Positions 55,912 to 64,000 of a DNA stretch of 64,000 nt are shown here, in pieces. The notes below the pieces were generated by a model. It was given only the letters and a program-made list of their open reading frames with translations. It did not search any database and had not been told where the DNA came from. The stretch comes from Penicillus capitatus. Lineage: Eukaryota; Plantae; Chlorophyta. Positions within the stretch are counted from its first letter, which is position 1; each line of letters begins with the position of its first letter. The stretch lies in assembly GCA_965649825.1 (NCBI GenBank), contig OZ287719.1:62001-126000 (forward strand), written 5' to 3'. Position numbers and translations under genes: made by a program.

Positions 55912-58900
55912 TGTTGTGAGAATTCGCTCGAAAGGGTAAAGGAATGCGCGTTCGCGGTAGGCTGTTCGTTTGTGAAACGTACAGATCGCAATTACAATCC
56001 TGTGATCCAGCGCGTCCATTTTAATGTTCCTTTTTTCTAAGATTATTCTCATCGTATTCCATCAGAACATGGGCCCACCTATCTTTCGCCGAAATGGTTG
56101 AAGAAAATCTCGATGTACGTTATAGGGGTAAGACCCGTCAGGCAGTTCGATATCCCAACGATGTTCACTACGTTTCTTTGTCAATACACAGGGAGAAACC
56201 CACTTAGAATAGAGCTTAGAGTCTAAGCGATCAACTAATTTGGAGTTGTACCAAGATACTTCCATGCCCTCGTGAATAGGAACATCTTTGACGTTCTTTG
56301 CATATCTCTTGGCAGACTGCTCGTGTGCTCTTTTGATTCTCTCGTAAGCCAGTTTCCGATCTGTTGCTAATTGCTCATTATTGGCTAGTCTGCCACTTCT
56401 ATGAATTCCTTTAAGGAGATATCTTGGACAGAAAAGAGTAGTGCAATGGACTGTTCGATTTATTTCTTGCACACATTCGTTAATGTGTTCGGTCCAGTCT
56501 CCTCTTTTCTCTTTCCAAATTCTCTTTAGACGATTGACGAAGTTCTTGTTGTACGCTTCAATTGTGCCGGCGCTTTTATGTGAATAAGGGGTGTGTGAAT
56601 GATGTCAACACCATGTCACTCACAGAAACTCTCAAACTCTTTTGAGATGAATGCTGCTCCATTGTCACACAGGATACGTTCCGGTGGGCCATTCAATGCA
56701 ATCCAGTTCTTCAGCAGCTTTATGATATGAGTAGTAGAGCACGTTTTAGATGCTTGAGCCGTGCCAGACTTGGTAAATGCATCTATTCCGGTTGCGATAA
56801 AACGATAACCATGCATTCCTCTAGGCAACGGACCGATGAAATCTAAACACAGGGTATGGTTCGGTGTCGGACTATCTGTCATCCCCAAATCTACGTTGTG
56901 TTGCAATTGTCTAAATTGCTGGCAAACATCACAAGTCTGAACGAAACTTTTGACGTCTTCGTAATCATTTTCCCACCGGGACCCATCCGATCTCAAATTC
57001 AACCACGTCTTTCTAATTCCAAAGTGGCCTTTGTGTGCTCTAGCAATCGCTTCCCTTGTTGTACCCCGAGGGTACAAACTTGGTAGCCCTGGTGTTTTTG
57101 GTTGATTTCCGAGGTCACTGGATTAGCCACTTTCCATCGACTGAGTACATCTGCAATCGCATTGTCCTTCCCTTCTACGAAACGGAAATTCAGTTTATCT
57201 AGTGAAAAATGATGCCTCAGCCAACTATACTGTCGTTGTATCCTTAAATCCTTGAACTTGTGCAAAAATGTTGGCTCCTTCAGCCACTCTATTGTAGCCT
57301 GGTTATCCGAATATACGGTAACAGTAAATCCCTTCGTCATGTAAAAACATTGCTTTAAAGCTTCCACGATCCCCATCAATTCCCCCAAAAAACTTCCTAC
57401 CTTCTCGCTTGTAGCGAACGAACCAAAAACACATGGTTGCAAAGCTGAGTTAAACAGAACGAATCCAAACTGGTTCAAAGGATTTCCACACCAATCGGTG
57501 TACAAATGAAACGGACCCACCCTCCGTAGTGTCAATCTGTATGCATTGATACACAAATCGGTCACTGTCTCCTGAAAAATCTTATTCGCTTGTTTGTAAT
57601 CATTATTTTCTCTTTTAAGAAACGGCTTCAGCTCATTCATGACATATGTGTATTTGTAGCAATATGGTGCGACTTGTTGACACAGCCCCACTGCTCTTTG
57701 AACGTCATGGCGTGATTCTACCCTTGGCAACTTCTGTAGAATGGCTTGCAGCTTGTGGTATGGGTTGATGGTGCCGTTATTCAGTTCTGTACCCAAAAAA
57801 CTCACGGAGCTCCTGAACCAATCACATTTGTGTATGTTGACCGTCAGACCATATTCATCAAAACGCTGTAATAGCAGCCTAGTCTTTTCAAAGAGATCAT
57901 TCACTGTTTCTCCACCCACTAGTATATCGTCAAAGTATCTTATCACGTCTAGTCCTTGCAGAATGTGAGTCATTCTATTATTAAAGAGCTCCGGACTTAT
58001 GTTAACACCCTGCGGAAGTCTACGGAAACCATATGTTATCCCCTTCCAATGCAATGCGAAAAACTTAGACAGACTATCGTCTATTGGTATTGAACCGTAC
58101 CCATGGACCACGTCAACAATATTAAAAACAGTCCAACTTGGATCGATTTTACTAATTGCGTCAGCTACCGGGGTTATTGTGCCACCTTGACTCCCTTTTA
58201 GATATGTGTTGATATCTCTGAAGTCAATAGTCGGTCTTATTTTCCCATTTGGTTTTCTCAAAAAGTTCAAAGGTGCCACGACTGCATGAATGGCTTCCTC
58301 CGTAGATAACACTCGAATGATCTCTTCTTCAAGTAACGACTCTATCTCTTCGGTAATCTCTTTTTCGGTCAGATCGGAAAAATAGTTTTCTCGCCAGCAA
58401 GGTTTAGGCTCAAAATTCCATACTAGATCCCTTTCGCTAACTCTAATACGTAGTAAATTCTCATTCGCTGATCTGACCTTGTCACAAAAAACATTCGGGA
58501 AGATGCCTTTTAACCTCTGTACTAAACTCATCGTATCGTGCTTATCTACTGAACTCGTCACCATTTGTATTTTCTTCGTATCGTTCTTTAATGCATGCTT
58601 CACCCCGTTAACATCGATAATCCAATCTATGTTCACCTTTCCACACACTAACTTCATTTTGCTTGTGATATGCTGTGGAACATCAGTTTGGTTGAAGATT
58701 ACTATGCTTATTTGCCCATTTGTGTAAATCTTGCAACGGCAGAATATTCCTTTATTTTGTGTGCAGTCAAAAATTGCTTTCCATTCTGCGTCTTCGGAAA
58801 ATCTAAAAGGTAAGATAATTCTTCTACTCTTAAAAGGCCCTAAAACTATACTCCTTCCTGCCACAAAGATGAGCCACCCATTTCTTTTAAAAGGAAAAAA

Positions 58901-61900
58901 TTCCGGTTTGATCTCCTCTGTTACATGGAGGCAACCAGCACTTGAGACTTATTTTTGTTTCCTTTTCCCCTTTTTTGTCCAATTGCGACTTATGAGAATT
59001 AGCTTTTTGATTTCACCCCCCTTTTCTCTTCGATTATTTGTCGCCTGCTGAAAAACAGGCTCCTCTGTCAGTTTTTTTGGCAATGATACCTGGTGAATAA
59101 GAATCTTTCTACCGTCACTATCAAAAACACAATCTTGTTCGCAATCTAAACGGAGGCCTAGCGTTTGTAAAGCTTCTAACCCCAAAATTGGCTTTGTCAC
59201 CCCCTTGCATACTAAGAACGAGAGTTTTGTTTTCCTTGTCGCCAAGAGAACAATCTAACGTGACTTCTCCTAAAGGTTTACTCGTGCTATTGTCAAATCC
59301 AGTTACTTCTTTGGTCGACGTTGTTTCTAAGACAAACTGATGGGTTCTAGCCAAGGATTCCGACAAAACATTGGTTTCTGCCCCGGTGTCCAACAAGAAC
59401 GAAATCTTGTTGGGAATGCCAGCAATCTTCAAAGGAAGATTGTATCGGATCAACCTTTTTTGCTTTGTCCCCGTTTCTGTATCGGTTGTCTGTACTACGT
59501 TTGTCTGAGAAACACGGTCTTTGGCCACTCTCTTTGTGCTTCTGCGTGGACAATCCCTCGCTGAGTGCCCTCTTGTTTTGCAGTGTTCGCACAAATATCC
59601 GTTTCCATTTGATTTGACCTGTTGTCTGCCGGGGAACGGAATTCTTGGCGCGCTTCGTCCATCAGATGTAAACTCGTGCAAGATTCTTTGGACCCGTGAC
59701 CACTCTTGGGCGTTGTCACAGCCAAGCGTCCCAAGTTGGGCCTGTATTCTCGGATGGGCAATATTGAAAACGCGTTCGAACGCAACCATGTACTTCTCTG
59801 GATGTCGGATCTTGTCCATTAAAGTCGTCAACCGAATCGAAAACTGGCTAATATCTTCCTTTCCTTTGGGCAACATTCTTTGCAGATCTTGGATCGCTGG
59901 ACCGAATGTAACTTGTTGCCTTTTGACTTGGTCGATATGAACATCTGGCTGTATTTCTCCCACTTCTCCTTGTGGTTGCCTTTGCACATGTTCCTGCACT
60001 CTCCGATACTGCCTCTCAAGTCGTCTGCGGTCATGATCTGTCATACCACCTCCCAGGTGCCTTCTCTCCGCTTCAATCCAGTCATTCATCGATGGGGCTC
60101 GTGCCTGCTGCCTTGGCGCCTGTGGATCCCTTCGAATTCTGTCGTCCAACTCTTCCACTCTTTGATTTAAAGTTTGAAGGCTTGATTCGATCGTGCCTTG
60201 CATCATTCGTTGTTGATTGATTACCCTTTCCTCCATCTCTTCTGCATTTCTCGCTACACCCTCTGTGAGATTGCGAATCTCTTCTCTGACTTCTTGCATC
60301 ATACGTTCCTGCCTCGCATCTCCTATAGTCGCGATTGCTTCTTCTCTCTGATGCTGCGGTTGCTGAGGAGGTTGCTGCGGTTGCTGTCCCTCCTTTCTGC
60401 CCGTCCATAAACCTTTTAGGCCTTCCCAATCGAATCTTAGGCAAAACCATGCGAATCTCATTGTCCACCATAGGCCTCGAACGATGCTTATCGCCATTCT
60501 TATCTTCCTCGCCAAATATGCGAAGATTGATCCAATCCAGTTTATGATCTTCCCTAGGACAATCATGACTCCGAGCAGTTGCCAAGCATTCTTCGTTATC
60601 ATGACCCCTCGCAGGGCCGGCCAGCCGAATATATCCCACAAGACTCCAACGGTCCACGTCACCATGTTATCTCGAGCGCCGAGGATCCACGTGACTATTC
60701 TCTCTATCCAGGTCTCTTCTCCTCGGCTAGTTTTCCATCCGTCGTTTATGTCGTCACATGCGCATTCGTCGAGGATGGACGTGATGTTTTCCATGTGGCC
60801 TTTGATGCTGTGCAATGTCTTCTTTATTTCATCTGCCATATCATCCGACATCCTGTCGTCGCTCCCGATCGTTGTCTTCTTGTGTTTATCTCCTCCTTCC
60901 GCGGTGTGATTCATCAATTTCATGAATTCGTGAGCCGTTCGGAGGAAGACCTTCATGTCTCGTTCCATTTTGGTTTCTTTCTTTGGCATGTTGTTGAGGG
61001 TCGCTGCGGTGAAGGCGGAGATTATCCCGGGTGATGATACTGCTGCGGTAACCCGCCCTCCAACCATCCAATTGACAATTCCGTGTATTCCCGTTGTCAG
61101 CACAGACTGCGTTAACACGTTGAAGGCGCGTTCTTGCAAACCTATCTCTGGCGTAACCTCCACTGGTTCCACTGTGAGCGGCCACTCGGCCTGAGGCAGA
61201 GCGTCTTCAACTCCTTGCATATTGAAGACATCTTCCGGAGTCGTCTCTGTCACTGCCTCTTGTTCCGGTGTTTTCATCGATGCTTGGCTTTCCTCACGCG
61301 TTGGCTCTAGGCTCTCTGTAGATTCTTCTATCGTCACTTCTGGTTCCTCGGCCTTGGCTGGGTCTTCTGCAAACTCTTCGATCGTCGCCTCCGGTTCATC
61401 TACCCGGGCCCTCTGATAATCATCTTTGGAGATCGGCACGGCCTCTTCAAATCTTCGACGTAGGGCCCTTGCGATCGAGACACGGGTTTCGTTGTCTTCG
61501 CTATCCCCGACTATCATTTCATATACTCGATGCCGCGCTGTCTCTAGAAGCTCCTTCGGTCGCCATTCCCTATCGGATGGTGTCCCACTCACTACTAAGA
61601 AAAGCAAACTGTTTGTGGTTTTTATCGTTTTTCCGTCCCAAGTAAGTGATCCTCCCTCTGACAGAACATTGACAAGAACCTTCGCCTCACTCAGGGTCAT
61701 TCCCTGTAGAGCATCGTATACGATGACGCTGTTTGGACATCCACCGATCGCATCAATGATCGTTTTTTGCGTCTGTCCTCCAAGATCCTCGTGTTCTTCA
61801 CTGTGTCCCTTTATGCAGTGCATGCAGTCTTCCATGTGCGATTTTTTTCGGTGCTCATTGTTCTGAGCCGTTCCGAGATGCTGTCACACTTGTTTGTTGT

Positions 61901-62186
61901 GCAGTACAAGATTACTGCCACGGCCTTTCTCTCTCCTGTTTCGTGGAGCAGTTGTAGATCCAGATTTCTTTTTGTACCGAAAATGTAGTCGTCTGTCCAG
62001 TCGCCTTGTCCGTGTACGAAGTGTCGGATGGTCTCAAGTGTGGTCTTTCTGACATCTGAAAGGTCAGCAGATTGGTGACCCCAAAGTGCAGTCACCCAGA
62101 ATAGGCTCAATCCGAAGAGGAGCAGGCCATGCAAACCTCGCTCCGAAACCATGTTGTGAGAATTCGCTCGAAAGGGTAAAGGAATG
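55912..62186 (-). mobile_element. Ty3/gypsy-type LTR retrotransposon, family 1 copy B (decayed)
   Basis: 3' LTR 55912..56069; 5' remnant 62152..62186. gag is frameshifted near 61840; dUT-RT-RH is open (56999..58864); the integrase has a stop at 56616. Confidence 0.92.
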
Positions 62187-62433
62187 TGTCGCCGGTCGGC
62201 CGAGCAGAAAACAATACACAGCGGAAGACTCTTACATTAATCGGAGCAAGGTCTTGAGTGTTCAGAATGTGTCCTTATGTATGCGCGCGGTGACGCGACG
62301 TTCCTAGGCAGGTGAATCATCGTGCTGTCAAAACCACAGAAAAGGGCCCTTTGTCCCGTAGGACAAGACAGGCAGCGTTCCTTGGCACGGATAACCCCCG
62401 CAGAACAAGACAGTGTCACATCGCTCGGCGACA
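62187..62433 (-). mobile_element. Solo LTR (duplicate of 29362..29608)
   Basis: Same sequence and same junctions as 29362..29608. Confidence 0.8.
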
Positions 62434-63147
62434 CTCGTCGTCGTCGGCCAGGGCGAATTCCCGATCGAACACACACGGTTGCACAAGGAAAAGCTTACAA
62501 AACGTCATGAGCCCCAGGGCTTTTATCCGGTCCACGCGATGGACAGGTGAGTCACCCACCTCTCAGCACCATAGAACGAGGACCCCTCATGGCCCCCGTC
62601 TCCCTTGACACGACTCCTGAGTACCCCTTTCAAGCCCGACCCCCTCCCCACCGAGGCAGTCCCATCGCTGCAGCGAGGCCATCACATCGCCAACTCCAAA
62701 TCTTGGCGACATGTCCATCGATCCATTCTCCTCTTCGTATTCTTTGCTCGTCGACTTCGCATAGGGCAGTCCATCGTGGAAATGCCCTCCGCTGGCCACC
62801 TGTCCATCTGCGTTCGTCCGTGCCAGGACGTAAAATCAAGATCAATAGCGACCATGAAGGCGCGTGGTTGAATCATCCAGTATGTGTCTGCGCTGTCATA
62901 CAATTGTCGGTCACATCAAGATAGCAAGCAATCTCGTCGAATGGTTCTGTAGACGCGCACCACGCTTTGTTTTCTAGCCTTGCATGCCGACGCAACAGAC
63001 ATGACGTGGGGAGTAAGTATCAAGACAGTAACGAATCTGATAGAAAGAAAAACCTCTATCGCCCAATCAGCGACCTGTCGGAGGATACTTTGGACGCGCC
63101 TTTTAGTGACAACTAAGTCAGAATCCAGGCTTTTATCGTGCGAAAGC

Positions 63148-63219
63148 GCCCTCGTGGTGTAATGGTTGGCGCACTTGAAGTTTTCTCAAGAGGCGTGGGT
63201 TCGAATCCCGCCGAGGCGC
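63148..63219 (+). pseudogene. tRNA-derived element (duplicate of 30323..30398, with a 4-nt variable loop)
   Basis: A and B boxes intact; lacks the GCGT duplication seen in the 30.3-kb copy. Confidence 0.7.
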
Positions 63220-63916
63220 CCCGTGAGTCACTCGGGTGATAATGACTGGCCGGAGGGTGAAGCGGCGACTCATCATGATCAAGAAAATCAGAAGATTGTG
63301 CAATTAAGACGCGGGTCAAGTCCAGACCGGAGCATGCGGTTATACGTGAGGTGGACGACGAATCGTCGCAGACGCTGTGAGACATGTGAAGCGACGGATG
63401 GAAGCACGAGTCTTCTAATTGAACGATTGAACGATGAATTGACAATGGGCGTCGGGTTGCTGATATGCTAATTAAGCGCATGCAACTGTAAAAATCCAAA
63501 TCGAATCGAATCGTGCGAAAGCCATGGTGAGCCGAACTAACGCGCGTAGCGGAGACGAAACAAAACGGCAACACGCAAAGAATTGATAAAATTACAGTTC
63601 GGCCGTTTCCCCGGAAGCTCTCGCCGATCACACATACGATGAACAAAAGCACAAGGCGCGTCTGAGCCTCTTATTTCTTCGGTGTACCTTGACTCGTTTG
63701 GCGCAGAACGTCCCTCGTCTTCCGTCCTCGCGTTGCACGCAGGTCGCCTCGGAGTCTTCTCACGTCTCCTCGAGAGTCCATCCATTCCGTCCACTGCAGC
63801 CAGCTGGTTCACGCCAAAAAAAAGAAAAAAGGCAAAAAGATAGAGAAAGATGAAGGTGAGTGGATGCAGCAACCGACGCAGTCTTTTGCGCCGGCAGCTT
63901 TAGGGCTAGGGTGACT

Positions 63917-63978
63917 GCTCAGTCAAGGTGACCGAACAGTTTCGACGGCGCCACCCGTCTCATCAGACCCCTTAAGAG
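63917..63978 (-). ncRNA. Type I hammerhead ribozyme (duplicate of 31100..31161)
   Basis: Same core and stems. Confidence 0.75.
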
Positions 63979-64000
63979 TATTTGCCGATTTAGCGCTATC

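Larger units (their letters stand above)
55074..64000 (+). repeat. Segmental duplication of 22248..31183 (offset about 32.8 kb; runs off the right edge)
   Basis: Collinear near-identity of the ankyrin 5' exons, the family 1 element with the same CACGG flank, the solo LTR, the tRNA-like element and the hammerhead. Confidence 0.95.

Overview
Eukaryotic nuclear DNA, probably a compact-genome green alga (chlorophyte; Ulvophyceae/Bryopsidales is only an inference). It uses the standard code and has short GT-AG introns. Bases 1-15.8 kb are tightly packed housekeeping genes: BK-type K+ channel (partial), tRNA-Leu, TKL receptor-like kinase, SAM carrier, IFT54, DExH/YTHDC2-like helicase, LACS, eIF2B-delta, RPS15A and BolA. 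The rest is accessory and repeat-rich. It holds five paralogous signal-peptide + ankyrin genes and three related Ty3/gypsy-type LTR families: an intact 5.6-kb element, two decayed copies of a second family inside a ~9-kb segmental duplication, and a pol-less element. It also has hammerhead-ribozyme cores, a tRNA-derived element and several tandem or palindromic arrays. Two signals stand out. (1) Where the polypurine tract should be, all three families carry sense-strand matches to the 5' half of initiator tRNA-Met that end exactly at the 3' LTR, suggesting tRNA-primed plus-strand synthesis. (2) The Gag-protease ORFs begin with a signal peptide, a variable ectodomain (torsin-like in one family) and a conserved Trp-rich membrane anchor, with little or no capsid domain. 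All coordinates, alignments and family assignments were made by eye.
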